NCBI GenBank assembly: GCA_963813075.1
Contig: CAWEXU010000010.1
Coordinates: forward strand, 1 to 64,000
DNA: 64,000 nucleotides
Source of the DNA: Methanotrichaceae archaeon
GTDB lineage: Archaea; Halobacteriota; Methanosarcinia; Methanotrichales; Methanotrichaceae
Direction of reading: 5' to 3'
The notes beneath the pieces are model-generated. The model was not told where the DNA came from and did not search any database. It saw only the letters and a program-made list of their open reading frames with translations. Position numbers and translations under genes: made by a program. This document shows, one piece after another, positions 41,304-53,332 of this stretch (position 1 is its first letter; every line of letters starts with the position of its first letter).

Positions 41304-42367
41304 TCAGACTCTCTGGTATAGAGTCGTCCTCTGCACCGCTTTTCTTCCGCAGCTCTCGATCAGCTCTTTCATCTCCTCCGCGGATATGCCCGGCTCCTCG
41401 CGGGAGTTGCGGGCGATTCTCTCGTCCATCAGGGTTCCACCCAGGTCGTTTGCCCCCCACATGATGGCTGCTCTTGCCGCCTCCCGTCCCAGCTTGGTCC
41501 AGCTCGCCTGGATGTTGGTGATGGCGGGATAGAGGGCCACCCTGGCCAGGGCATGCATCTTCAGCCGGTCGAGGAGATCCGCTCCGGGAACGGTTTTCCC
41601 CAGCAGATTGTTCTCCGGGATGAAGGGGAGGAGGACCAGCTCGGTGAAGCCACCGGTCTCATTTTGAATTCCCTTCAGGATCTCCAGGTGCTCGCAGCCG
41701 GTCTTCCATGCTCTCCACATGGCCGAAGAGAATGGTGGAGGTGGTGGGAATGCCAAGCTGATGTGCATTGGTGATGATCTCCTTCCACTCCGCGGTCTTG
41801 AGCTTCTCCGGGCAGATCATCTGGCGGACGGAATCGACCAGGATTTCCGCGGCGGTGCCGGGCATGGACCCAAGACCGCTCCTCTTCAGCTCCTTCAGGC
41901 AGTCTTTCACCGGCAGATTGGAGTTGCGGGACATATGGAGAACCTCCATTGGGGAGTAGGCATGAAGATGCAGCCGGGGATGGCTGCAGCGGATGGTCTC
42001 AAGGATATTGCAGTAGTCCTCCAGGTGCATACTGGGTGAGAGGCCTCCCTGCAGGCAGATCTCTGTTGCTCCCCGCTTCCTCTGCCTGGTCCGCCCGGCT
42101 GAGGATCTCCTCGGTTGAAAGGCGGTATCTCTCACCATGCTTAAATGAGCAGAACAGGCAGCTTGCTGTGCACTGGTTGGTGAAGTTGATGTTCCGGTTT
42201 ATGACAAAAGAGACCTCATCCTTGCCGCTCTTCTGGCGCAGCAGATTGGCCAGGCGGTATAGCTTCACTGGCTCCGACCAGAGACTTTTCAGCAGATCAT
42301 GATCAATGCTGGGGCTGTTGGGTGAGGGGCAGGCTCTTTTTATCTCCGAGAGATCTGAAGCGATCAA
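41304..42367 (-). CDS. cofH: FO synthase subunit CofH (two frameshifts)
   Basis: NRNINFTNQCTASCLFCSF, SMPGTAAEIL, TGGFTE, NIQASW, GANDLGGT. Confidence 0.88.
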
Positions 42368-42456
42368 AGATTCTCACACTTCCATGGGGCAAATTGGGCA
42401 ATCAGTACAAAACTGCATGGCGATCTATTTGGGATTATCGCATATCGACCGGCATT

Positions 42457-42974
42457 TCAATGGCTTTCTTCATCTTTTGCGCTCTGATCAGCGCTTTCTT
42501 CTGCTCTTTCTTCCGCTCTCTCTTCGACTCGCTCTTCTGCGCTCTCCTCAGCGCTTGCCATCCTCCGCTCTTTGGGAATCTGACTTACCAGCAATCCGCG
42601 CGAGTACAGACCGCATCCGAGCACCTCCCCTCTATAAAATACCACCACATATCCGGATTCCGAGTCTGATTCAATGGCCAGGGTCCTGCCCTCCATGAAG
42701 CTCCTGGCATCTGCTGAATCCAGGTGGATGAGGTTCTTTGTGGCATGCCGGCCGAAGACCTGCAGGGCGCTGGTGGTCGGCTTCCAGGGGCGGTCCTTCA
42801 GGTTCATGATGCGCATCCCGATGGCCTCGTAGCTGAGCCTGGGAATGATAGCTTCGTTGGCCGCCCAGACGCTGTGCGCCTTCTGAAAGAAGACATAACC
42901 AGAGAAGGCAGACTGGGGGATGCCAAACCGCTCGCCCCAAAGCTCCGCTACGAAAGACCTTTCCAGGGGCTCAA
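42457..42974 (-). CDS. NIP7/RsmF C-terminal-like PUA protein (start uncertain)
   Basis: WGERFGIP...GMRI..WKPTTSALQ...LGCG; follows the m5C methyltransferase. Confidence 0.75.
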
Positions 42975-43878
42975 AGATGTTCCTCTTTTCCGGACGAGTT
43001 TGGCGACAAAGAATCCTCCTGTATCATTGAGATGGGGATAGTAACGGGCAGTCTTCTCAAGCTCATGGTTCAAGTTATTGCCGGCCCATTCAGTTATTCC
43101 CGGACAGGCCACTAAACCCGGAATCGATATCCTCTCCAGACTGGCCAGGTCGAGAACGCTTTCTACTACCAGCTCGTTCTCCTCTGGAGCATAGGTGCAG
43201 GTGGAGTAGACCACTGTGCCTCCTGGTTTTGTCAGCCGGATGGCATTCCGGAGCAGGTCGGCCTGCAGCCTGTGCAGATCCATCGACCTCTTGCTGCTGC
43301 TTTTGCACAGGACTCCCGGACCCCTCCTCTCCCGGCCCTCGCTGGAGCAGGGGGCATCCACCAGCACCCGGTCAAACTGGACCGGCCGGGAGGGAAATCT
43401 CCGGCCATCATAACGGGTGATGGCGACGTTCATCACCCCCAGCCGTTCGCAGTTCGAGCGCAAGGGAGCGATCCTGGCCAGCGATGGCTCGTTGGCGATC
43501 ACTCTACCGAGGTTATTCATCATCTGAGCGATCTGGCAGGTCTTGCTGCCGGGGGAGGCGCACATGTCCAGTACCAGCTCTCCTGGCTGGGGATCTGCCA
43601 CCAGGGGCGGGACCATGGACAGCTCCTCCTGGATGTGGATGTAGCCTAAGAGGTTCTCGGCCAGCTTTCCCGGGCTTTCCAGGTTCAGCTTCAGGCCCAG
43701 GGGATACCAGGAAAAGCTCTGATAATTGATCCCATTCTCAGCAAATCGTTCCAAGAGGGCGCTTCTTTTAGTCTTTCAGGGTGTTTATCCGGCAGGAGCT
43801 GGGAAGCGCCTGGCTCTGCACCGCCCGGAAACCATCGAAGTCCGGTATCAAATCCCTGTATCTCTCCAGCCATTCCAT
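42948..43878 (-). CDS. RsmB/NOP2 RNA m5C methyltransferase (frameshift ~43770)
   Basis: DMCASPGSKT, DAPCS, YSTCT..PEENE; N-terminus MEWLERY..RINTLK. Confidence 0.93.
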
Positions 43879-43997
43879 ATTTTTGCAAGAATGCATTATA
43901 GCAGAAATAGATTGGCCCAATTGAGCAAAAGAATTTAATAGTCGGGTGTCGAGGCCAAGACCAGCGCAAAACTATTTTCTGGTTTTCGCGAAGGACA

Positions 43998-44228
43998 GTG
44001 ATGCAATTGGCAGATTATGATACAGATAGGTCCTCTATGAGCACTCCAGCTCCTGTAGAGGCTGGGGGAGAGTACGATGTCAATATTGAGGACATTGCAC
44101 GCGAGGGCGATGGCATTGCCAGAGTCGAGGGATTTGTGATCTTCGTGGCTGATACCAGTGTCGGCGACGCTGTCAAAATCCAGATCGACAAGGTGATGAG
44201 GCGCTTTGCCATAGGCCACAAGATTTAG
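43998..44228 (+). CDS. single TRAM domain RNA-binding protein
   Basis: APVEAGGEYDVNIEDIAREGDGIARVEGFVIFV. Confidence 0.93.
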   Translation: MMQLADYDTDRSSMSTPAPVEAGGEYDVNIEDIAREGDGIARVEGFVIFVADTSVGDAVKIQIDKVMRRFAIGHKI

Positions 44229-44362
44229 GCGATAAATAACAAAGTATGATGGCAGGATTTTTTCCTGCCAAAGCAAACTCAATTTTGCCCGGTTGAGGTT
44301 CATCATGTACGAGCCCCTGATAAACCGGAGAGAGCTTAAATACAATCCAGGTTAATTGATCC

Positions 44363-45247
44363 ATGATACCGATGGACCCGACTTTAGCTCAGACGGGCAC
44401 GGATGCTTTCAGCAGCCTGCTCAGTAACGCCTGGATCATAATATTCGTACTGCTTTTTCTGGTGCCGATGCTCCAGAGAAACTATCTTCAGGCGGAAAGA
44501 AAGCGTGTCTTAGCCCGGCTGGGCAAAGCCAGAGGCACCCAGGTTATAACCCTGATCCACCGCCAGGAGACGATCAGCTTTCTTGGCATTCCTCTCGCCC
44601 GGTACATCGATATCGAGGACAGCGAGAAGGTCTTAAGGGCCATTCGCCGGGCGCAGAAGGATGTCCCCATAGACATCATCCTCCATACCCCGGGAGGCCT
44701 GGCCCTGGCTGCCACCCAGATCGCCATGGCTCTGAAGTCCCATCCCGCCAAAAAGACGGTGATTGTGCCCCATTATGCCATGAGCGGCGGGACGCTGATC
44801 GCCTTTGCCGCCGACAAGATAGTCATGGACCCCCATGCCGCCCTCGGTCCGGTCGATCCTCAATTGGGCGATGCCCAGGGAGCTTACCCCGCCACATCCC
44901 TCCTGGCGGTGGCCGAGAAGAAGAAGATCGATGAGATGGATGATAAGACTCTGGTCTATGTGGAGGAGGCGAGAAAGGCTCTGGCCCAGATTAGAGAACT
45001 ATTGGGGAAGATCCTGGAGGGCAAATGCGATGATGCCGCCAGGCTGGAGACTATCATAGAGGAGTTCGTATCCGGAAAATACACTCACGACCATCCCTTC
45101 ATGGCGGAGGATGCAAGAGCCTTGCTGGGCGACTGCGTGCAGACAGATGTGCCGGAGGAGGTCTATTCCTTGATGGAGCTTTACCGCATGGAAATGGGCA
45201 GGAGCCGGCCGGGTGTGGAGTACGTGCCGCTGGTGAGAGAGCGGTAG
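44363..45247 (+). CDS. ClpP-like serine protease (SDH_sah/DUF114)
   Basis: IHRQE, LHTPGG, PHYAMSGGTLIA, LGPVDPQ, THDHP. Confidence 0.9.
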   Translation: MIPMDPTLAQTGTDAFSSLLSNAWIIIFVLLFLVPMLQRNYLQAERKRVLARLGKARGTQVITLIHRQETISFLGIPLARYIDIEDSEKVLRAIRRAQKDVPIDIILHTPGGLALAATQIAMALKSHPAKKTVIVPHYAMSGGTLIAFAADKIVMDPHAALGPVDPQLGDAQGAYPATSLLAVAEKKKIDEMDDKTLVYVEEARKALAQIRELLGKILEGKCDDAARLETIIEEFVSGKYTHDHPFMAEDARALLGDCVQTDVPEEVYSLMELYRMEMGRSRPGVEYVPLVRER

Positions 45248-45274
45248 TGAGAGAGCGGTAGTGAGAGAGCGGTA
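45233..45274 (+). repeat. 14-nt perfect tandem repeat x3 spanning a stop codon
   Basis: GTGAGAGAGCGGTA x3. Confidence 0.95.
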
Positions 45275-45551
45275 AATTGTATAAGGCAAAGCATTGGGGA
45301 AGGAGCGAGATCAGGCCTCGCTCATTTGCCTATTCTTTCAATCATAAATTGAAATTTCTTTAGTCGATATGACTCACTTTAATCGTGGTTGTATGCTGGT
45401 TGCAGGAATCCCGCTTTCTCTGCGAGTCCTTTGTGAGCTTTGTGTTCTTTGTGGTTAAATTAATGAACATGTTATAAAATGAGCGATGATGGGCGGGTAA
45501 AGGCCCATCCTTTTCGTAACAGTCTTTTCTGACTCCTAGCTTTTCAGGATT

Positions 45552-45956
45552 TCAAGCTATCTGCTTTCCTGCGGCCGGTCCCCACATGGCGTTGTAGATC
45601 TCAGTGACCTTGACCATGACGCAGGCCTTGGCCGGGAGCTTGTTGTTGACCCCGTGCACCCAGGTCTTCATGGCCTCGTAGTCCACACCTTCCTTGCAAA
45701 CGGTAGCATCGCCCTTGATCTGGAAGGACTTCTTGGTCTCGCCATTGTAGCACAGGATGGAGATCTTGGGGTTCTCTCCCAGGTTTTGGGCGGTCTTGTA
45801 GAAGAAGTTGTCCGCAATCATCAGCGTCTCATCATCCACGACCTTGAGCAGTCCAACAAACACCACATTCGGGACACCCGATTTGCTGGCAGTGGCAATG
45901 GGGACGGGCTTTTGCTTCTCCAGGGTCTCTTTCACTTCGGCTGGCATTTTCACCAT
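45552..45956 (-). CDS. pyridoxamine 5'-phosphate oxidase-family FMN-binding protein
   Basis: ATASKSGVPNVV, ADNFFYKT..NL.ENPK, FQIKG. Confidence 0.88.
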   Translation of the reverse strand: MVKMPAEVKETLEKQKPVPIATASKSGVPNVVFVGLLKVVDDETLMIADNFFYKTAQNLGENPKISILCYNGETKKSFQIKGDATVCKEGVDYEAMKTWVHGVNNKLPAKACVMVKVTEIYNAMWGPAAGKQIA

Positions 45957-46049
45957 ATAATTCACCTTAGCGCTAATAGAAGTCCGCATTCAATAAATAC
46001 CTGAGCGTCAAATATTCTATCTTATTTAATTTTTTAAACCAATTCGGTA

Positions 46050-47448
46050 TTATTGCCGCCTATCCCGGCAGGCAGTGAGGAAGTTGGCCGGGAAGCCTCG
46101 AAAGGATGCGCTGTGAATATGCGAATAGCTGGCCACCAGGTTTCCTATGTGGATTCCATCCCGGCCGTCCGCAATTCCCGTGCCCCGATCCAGCCGGATG
46201 GCATAATCCACCTTCGCCTCCTGGTCCATCACCATCTCTGAATGGTGGAACTCGTGGCCCATGATATACTCTCCCGCTTTTCCCAGAGGGGAGTCCTTCG
46301 CCAGGTGGCCGTGCACATAGCTGACTATGCGTCTCGTACCCCGTCGGGCCTTGCCCGGAACCAGTCCCGCCATCTCCTGCGGCCCTCCGTCCCAGTCGAT
46401 CTCCTGTCCCAGGTACATCAGCCCTCCGCACTCTCCAAAAATGGGGATATCCCTCTCATGCGCCCTCTGGATCGAGCTGATGAAGCTGTGGTTTTCGGAT
46501 AGCTCGCGAGAATAAATCTCCGGATACCCGCCGCCTATGTAGATCCCGTCCACCTTCGGCAGAGAGGCGTCATGCACCGGGCTGAAGGGGACGATCCTCG
46601 CTCCCGCCAGCTCCATCATCTCCAGATTGTCTTTGTAGTAGAAGTTGAAGGCCTCGTCCTGGGCGACGCCTATGGATAAATCCCTTCCTGAATCGTTTTT
46701 CAGATAGAGGTCCGGCTCGATCTCGGGCAACGGCTCCGCCTCGCGGGCGATCTCGGCAATTCTATCCAGGTCCAGGCCCTCCTCCACTATCTGCCGGATC
46801 CGGTCCACTCTCTCCTGAAAGCCCTCATGGCGGGTCTTGCCCTCCAGCACCGGCACCAGGCCCAGATGGCGCATGGCAAGGTGCATATCCTCATTGCGCC
46901 GGATAGTGCCCACCACCTCCACCTTGGCGTAGCGTTCGATCTCCTTTATCGCCTTTTCCGCATGCCTGGCCGAGCCCACCTTGTTTAATATCACTCCCCG
47001 GAACTGAACGGCAGGATCGTAGTCCATGTACCCCTTGACCAGAGCCGCACAGCTGCGGGTGATGCTGCGCGCGTCCACCACGAAGATGACCGGCACTCGG
47101 AGCATCTTGGCGATCTGGGCGGTCGAGCCCAGGTCCCCGTCGTATCCCTCGTAAAGGCCCCGTACCCCCTCGATCACCGCCGATGTCTGCTCCCTGGGCG
47201 GCATGGGCATAGATCTCGCGGACAGCAGCCTCTTTCATCAGATAGCCATCCAGGTTGCGGCAGCTCCTGCCGGTGATCCAGGTATGATAGCTGGGATCGA
47301 TGTAGTCCATGGCCACCTTGAAAGGCTGAACCTCCTGGCTGCGACGTCGCAAGGCGGAGAGAAGGCCGGCTACTATGGTCGTCTTGCCGCTGGAGCTTCT
47401 GTCCCCTGCCAGGAGGATGCGGGGACAGTCTGCCTTCATCCTTTTCAC
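46050..47448 (-). CDS. cfbB: Ni-sirohydrochlorin a,c-diamide synthase (frameshift ~47185)
   Basis: [44 protein letters not shown]; adjacent to cfbC. Confidence 0.9.
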
Positions 47449-48261
47449 TCCTCCGAGCCCAGATCGCGAGAGAGCTCCATCAGCCTCTCATCGCTCAGGG
47501 GCTCGGGGACCCGGGGCTCAGCGCCGGACATGACCTCTCTGGCCAGGGCCCGGTAGACATCTGCGATCTTCGAGTCGGGCGCGCCCTCGATAACAGTCAC
47601 TGTCCTCCTCTCACACTGCTGAACTATTGGCTCCTTGGGAATGAAGGCTACCATCCGGCTGTTCAGCTCCTGGGCGAACTGGTTGACTATTTCGCGTTCC
47701 CTCTCCCCCGCTGACTCCCGAGAGTTGCAGATCACTCCGGCAAGTGGGGTGTTCAGTCGCCTGAGGCCTTTGCTGATATTGTTCGCCGCGTAAAGGGGCA
47801 TGTACTCGCCCGAGGTTATGATGTAGGCCTGGCTGACCAGCCCTTTCCGGATGGGGGCGGAGAATCCCCCGCAGACGATGTCCCCTGGCACATCATAGAG
47901 CACCAGGTCCACCTCCTCCATCGCCTTTGATACCTTGCGCAGAAAATCAATGGCAACGATTATCCCCCTTCCCGCGCATCCCACGCCCGGCTCTGGGCCT
48001 CCCACTTCAATGCATCTGACCCCCCGGTATCCCTGATGGACCACATCCTCCTCTTTGATCTCTCCGCCCTTGGAGGATGAGGTCCATCATAGTGGGAATT
48101 CTCTTTCCCACGAGAGTGATGCTTGAGTCGCTCTTCGGATCGCAGCCCACCACTAAAACCCTGTGGCCTTCCTCGGCACAGGCGGCGGCGATGTTCGAGG
48201 CAGTGCACGACTTGCCGATCCCGCCTTTGCCGTATATCGCAACGTGTTTAATAGATGACAT
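47445..48261 (-). CDS. cfbC: NifH-like reductase of F430 synthesis (frameshift ~48065)
   Basis: [37 protein letters not shown]. Confidence 0.9.
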
Positions 48262-48426
48262 CTAACTCCGCTATGCTCGTGGTTAGCCATAGGATATACA
48301 GCTTATCCAGGCATAGCTATTATCCGGGCACAGCCCTATCGAGCATAGCCAATTAGGGCATGTCTTATCCATCATGGATCTACAAAGAGGTGACTTAAGA
48401 TAAGCAAAATCCGCTTTGCGATCGCA

Positions 48427-51321
48427 TTGGCCATCATGGTCATGCATCTAGGGCTCCTTTCTGGAGCAATTGCACAGGACGCAGCTGAGGCTGCCAGCGT
48501 TCGAGGTCATCTCGCGGATGGCGAAGCTGTCTGGAGGGCAGATGACTTCGGCTGGTTCTACTACGATCTGGACGATGACACGGGTGGGGAAGAGCTCAGG
48601 GTAAAGGATCTGGAGGGAAGAACGGCAAAGAAGAGCAGTATAGTCTACTCCTCTCGCACCTGGTCAAAGCAGTTTGAGTATGCACCCTGGGGAAGCTATG
48701 AGGTGGTGGCCCTCATGGGAAAGCCCTATCTGGCCAGCTATCCGGAGAGCTCTTTTACCGAAGAGGTCAGCTCTCTGGCCAAAGGAGAGCTGCGGGAGAT
48801 CCTGAGAGATGAGGATAAAGAGTACACACTGACCTCCAATGACACCCTCCCCCTCGATCAGGGATACTCTCTGGTCGCAGCCGGGGCCTCAGAGAAGAAT
48901 GGGGTGGTGAACTTCATCCTCCTGAAAGATGGAAAGGCCATCTATGGATCTGTGGTGAGCATCGGCGACACCTTTGTCTATAAGGTAAACGACGTCCCGG
49001 TGATTCTCGTTCACCTGTCCAACTCCATGGGCAGCAATGAGGGGGGATTCGCCTCGGTGGACGGGATCTTCCAGATCAGCGACAGCCCGATCGCCAGGCT
49101 AGTCGAGGGTGGAATCCTGGGCAATATGAAGCTGGATGAGCTATCTGAGGAAGGGATCGAGTTCAGAAATGCCATCGACCTGAATCTCAAGAGAGACAAT
49201 CAGCTCTACCTTACCCCAAATCTTGCTGCTATTCGTCCTGGATCAGCCGGATCTGGTTTACTATCCTCTGGGCATAATCACCGACTACGGGATCCACGAG
49301 ATAAGAGGTCCGACATTCAGTGAGAGCACCAGAATCCCGGTGAAGATGGGACAGTGAAATGATTCAACGCCATAGCCAAATGGAATGCTACGAACTACAG
49401 CGGATTTTACTTTGATCCGGAGGATATGCTGGGAGATGAGACCCTGGTTCTGTATTCTCGTCCAGAGCAGAGGAAGGTATCTCCTCCGTCCAATCCACAG
49501 TACTTCAGGAAAAAATACCGTATTCCAGAAAGGTTTCCAATATACAACATTCTTGCAGCCTAAGGAATTTGAGTTCAAGCCCTGGGAGAACTATTACGTA
49601 ATAAATTTCATGGGCATGCAATGGTTTGCCGGATACGATAGCAGCACAACTGGCACAAAAGCAAAAAAGAGCCTGCTGGAGCATGAGTATCTGGGCAGAG
49701 TGCTCTGGGACGCAGAGCTGCAGGGAAAAACATTTGCCGGAAACTATACTCTCCAGGAAGGATACGAGATTCGCATTCATGATGTGGGCAATGACAGCAT
49801 ATTTCTGGAGCTATCAAGGGACGGAACGTCCATAGAGAGCTCTGTGGTCAAGCCCAACTCCACATATGTCTATGAGAAGGATCTGGGCGATGTCGATGAC
49901 CTGCCAATTATAATGGTGCATGTCGATAATGTTTTCACCAACGGCACAGAGGGTTTTGCCACCATCGATGCCATCTTCCAAATATCCGATCAGAATCTAA
50001 TTCAGATTGAGAGAGGGGATGGAATTGGCGAGATGCAAATTGTGGGCCTCTTTCCCGATGCGATAATGATGGTCAACGATGAAAACATCAATCTCAACCG
50101 AGACTCCAGGGTCTACATAGCCCCGATGATGAGCATCCGGGTGGCGGACAATGATACCCTGCGATACTATCTCTATACAGAGCAGAATGTCGTTCCGGCT
50201 CCAAGTGCTCCAATAACAAATATTCCCGATAATATAACCTCAGGGACACCAGCGAACTTCTCCATATTTGAGCAGGCAGCGGAGATCAAACAGGTCACTG
50301 TGGATATAGTTGACTCCTCCAACCGGACGGTCTTCTCCAGAGACATCACCGAGCTTGGCCGGGGGTCGGGCGAGTTCTGGATGTTTAACTGGATCTGGAA
50401 TGCTACAATCCTTCAGCTCAGCGATGATAGGAGCCGGATAATGGATGTTGGGGAAAATCTGGTGCCGGCATTGCTGCGGCTGAATCAGTCCTCACCGGAA
50501 GAGCAGGTGGGTGTATACTTCAACTCCTCGGGGAGGATCGGCAGGATACTGAACAGCAATTCGATCTACTATGTATCCCGAAGCGAGTACGAGAAGCTGA
50601 AGGTCACCTCTGATTATGATACAATGCTCGCCAATGAGACCCTCAGGAAGCAGTACATAAAAATTGAGCCAGAAAAGAGCGTTTTGCGCTTTCAGGATAT
50701 CGTAAACGGCAGACTAGACCCCAGCTGGCCAGAATCATACCCTGCATGGGACGATTGAATCTTTAGAACCTCATGCAAGAGAGGTAGGAGCCCCACCAGG
50801 CCGGTATGAGCTGAGGGCGAGGGTAGAGAATGCTAGTCGATGCCATCCAGGTAACGGGTGAGTATTTCAATGTCACTGCAGCCCCCATGCGCGGCATATA
50901 TCTGGGCTCGGCTCAGGCTCTTGCCGGAGAAGAGGTCTCCATTCCGATCGAGGTGCCATCATCAGAAATGGAAAGAAGGGTCAATTTAACATATAATACC
51001 TCTCTCGCAGATGCACTGAGCATTTCCGGGAATTGCAGCTCCTCCTGGCAGTTGGAGGAGGATGAGGGATGGATAAGCATTCTCTTTCCCGCCAACTGCA
51101 GCCAGGCAAGCTTGAGCTTTGATGCAAAAGAGGAAAACGCTACCATAGATCTCAATGTGACTGGATGGAGTGGATTTGAGCCGGAAGATATCACCAACGG
51201 CACAATTACCGTCCTCGCAGGAGAGAGTGCGGCAGATAAAACGAAGAAGAGCAATGGTCCTGGCTATGCCGCATCTCTTCTCGCTCTTGCCATAGCTCTT
51301 TATCTGAGGCGCAAGGGCTAA
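48427..51321 (+). CDS. S-layer DUF1608-domain protein with PGF-CTERM-like anchor (several frameshifts)
   Basis: W..DDFGWFYYDLDD..GGEEL and WNATNYSGFYFD..GDETL; C-terminus GPGYAASLLALAIALYLRRKG. Confidence 0.8.
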
Positions 51322-51397
51322 AGTGAGGCGCAAGGGGCTGGGACCGGCCCAGGCCTCACTGGCTTTATTCTCTTTTCTTTTTCTTTGAATTTCATCT

Positions 51398-51925
51398 TTA
51401 TTTTCCGGAATCTTTCAAGGCTCTCCTGATTGCCCTGCCCAGAGCGATGCTCATCGCCTCGATCTTGCTCATGTCATCTCCGTCCTCTGCCCTGATGACC
51501 AGGGTGAACCCTCCGTTATAGGCCAGGGCGCGCAGTAAGTGGCCGAAGTTCTCGAGAGTCATACCTCCCAAGCTCTCGCTCTTGAAGCTGAACTCTCCCC
51601 GGTATCCGGGCTCGCCGAACCGCAAGGCGGCCATGGCCAGGGCTCTCCTCGATGGCACAGTTGAGCTTCCAATGCCGCTTTTTATCGCCTGGGCAATCGT
51701 TTTTCCCAGGGTGATTCCCGTATCCTCAATGGTGTGGTGGTCCCCTGTCTTTAAATCCCCAACAGCTTTGATCTTCAGATCGAAAAGGGCCGCTCTTCCC
51801 AGATTGGTCAGGATTATGTCCAAAAGCTCAATTCCCGTGTCTACATCGGTCCTGCCTGTGCCTTCCGTCTCAAGGACCACATCGATGCATGTTTCTTTTG
51901 TCTCTCTCCTGCTCGATTGCAGCAT
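51398..51925 (-). CDS. HisB (IGPD)-like protein with degenerate active site
   Basis: RETKET, TGI, GDL..DHHTIEDTGITLG, IEA...ALGRA; other His ligands absent. Confidence 0.8.
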   Translation of the reverse strand: MLQSSRRETKETCIDVVLETEGTGRTDVDTGIELLDIILTNLGRAALFDLKIKAVGDLKTGDHHTIEDTGITLGKTIAQAIKSGIGSSTVPSRRALAMAALRFGEPGYRGEFSFKSESLGGMTLENFGHLLRALAYNGGFTLVIRAEDGDDMSKIEAMSIALGRAIRRALKDSGK

Positions 51926-52206
51926 GATATGCCACTACCTTCTGGAAACTATTAAGCTCATCGATCCGGGAATGATGCTCTTGTCAGCTTAAGCAAAAAG
52001 AGTCCATCTCATGATAACTCTTGAATCCCTTCTCTGTCCTTTTCTCTGTCCTTTTCTCGGTGCTCTTCTCTGGTATCCATTCCATCCTGGTCATCATTCC
52101 GTCCTGTTAATCCAATCCATCTGCGCGCCTCAATCTCTCCGAAGGGCTTATCTACCTTTGAGCGAACCCTAATATTTCAAAGGTCATAATTCAAAGGGAT
52201 ATCACC

Positions 52207-53277
52207 ATGATTTCTAAAGAGGAGATTTCGGAGATTTTGAAGGGGTACGATAAGAAAAATATCACTATAGCCACCATCTGCTCGCACAGCAGCCTGCAAA
52301 TCTTTCATGGCGCTCGTAAGGAGGGATTCAAGACACTTGGCCTTTGCATCGGCCAGCCGCCCCGATTCTATGATGCCTTCCCCTTAGCCAGGCCAGATAA
52401 ATTCGTCTGCGTCGAGAGCTATAAGGCTCTCCTGGATTATGCCGATGATCTGACCGCAGAGAATGTCATCGTAATTCCCCATGGATCGCTGGTCGAGTAT
52501 CTGGGGATTGACCGGTTCGAGTCCCTGGCAGTGCCCACCTTCGGCAACCGTCGCGTTCTGGCCTGGGAGAGCGATAGAGAGATGGAGAGGGAATGGATGC
52601 TCAAGGCCGGGGTCAATGTCCCCATGCGGTTTGAAAAAGCGGAGGATATCGACCGCCCGGTCATCGTCAAGTATCATGGCGCCAAAGGGGGGCGGGGCTT
52701 TTTCATCGCCAAGACCAAAGAAGAGCTTCAGAGCAAGATGAGCAGCCAGGAAAAGTACACCATCCAGGAGTTCATCCTGGGCACCAGATACTACATCCAT
52801 TTCTTCTACTCACCCATAAAGCCGGACGGATACCGACTGAGCAAGGGGTCGCTGGAGATGCTGGGCATAGACCGGCGGGTGGAGTCGAATGCCGACGAAA
52901 TATTCCGCATCGGCAGCATGAAGGAGCTGGCTGAGGCGGGCATCTATCCCAGCTTTGTGGTCACCGGCAACCTCCCCCTGGTCCTGCGCGAGTCCCTCCT
53001 GCCCCGGGCCTTCGAGCTGGGGGAGAGGGTGGTGGAGACCAGCCTCGACCTCTTCGGAGGGATGATCGGCGCCTTCAGCTTGGAGACCATAGTTACTGAC
53101 GAGCTGGAGTTCAAGGTCTTTGAGATATCGGCCAGAATCGTCGCCGGAACCAACCTCTATACCAGCGGCTCGCCTTACTCCGACTTCGTCGAGCCGGGAT
53201 TGTCCAACGGCAGGCGCATTGCTCAGGAGATCAAGCGGGCAAATGAGCTTGATCTGCTGGACGAGATTGTCACCTGA
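52207..53277 (+). CDS. purP: PurP family ATP-grasp (formate-dependent AICAR formyltransferase)
   Basis: CSHSSLQI, PHGS, GAKGGRGFF, FEISARIVAGTN, GRRIAQEI. Confidence 0.92.
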   Translation: MISKEEISEILKGYDKKNITIATICSHSSLQIFHGARKEGFKTLGLCIGQPPRFYDAFPLARPDKFVCVESYKALLDYADDLTAENVIVIPHGSLVEYLGIDRFESLAVPTFGNRRVLAWESDREMEREWMLKAGVNVPMRFEKAEDIDRPVIVKYHGAKGGRGFFIAKTKEELQSKMSSQEKYTIQEFILGTRYYIHFFYSPIKPDGYRLSKGSLEMLGIDRRVESNADEIFRIGSMKELAEAGIYPSFVVTGNLPLVLRESLLPRAFELGERVVETSLDLFGGMIGAFSLETIVTDELEFKVFEISARIVAGTNLYTSGSPYSDFVEPGLSNGRRIAQEIKRANELDLLDEIVT

Positions 53278-53332
53278 TTGGCATTGGCTGGCCCAGAAGA
53301 CTTATCTCTGCCGGGCTTTACATTGAGCCACT

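Noticed and set aside
42948..42950. Amber readthrough fusing the methyltransferase to the PUA protein
   Set aside because: The downstream ORF is in a different frame from the TAG
5056..48261. Programmed frameshifting or mass pseudogenisation
   Set aside because: No shared slippery motif at the breaks, and essential genes are affected; assembly error is simpler
47445..48261. Nitrogenase nifH
   Set aside because: Overlaps cfbB and has no nifDK neighbours, so it is the F430 CfbC
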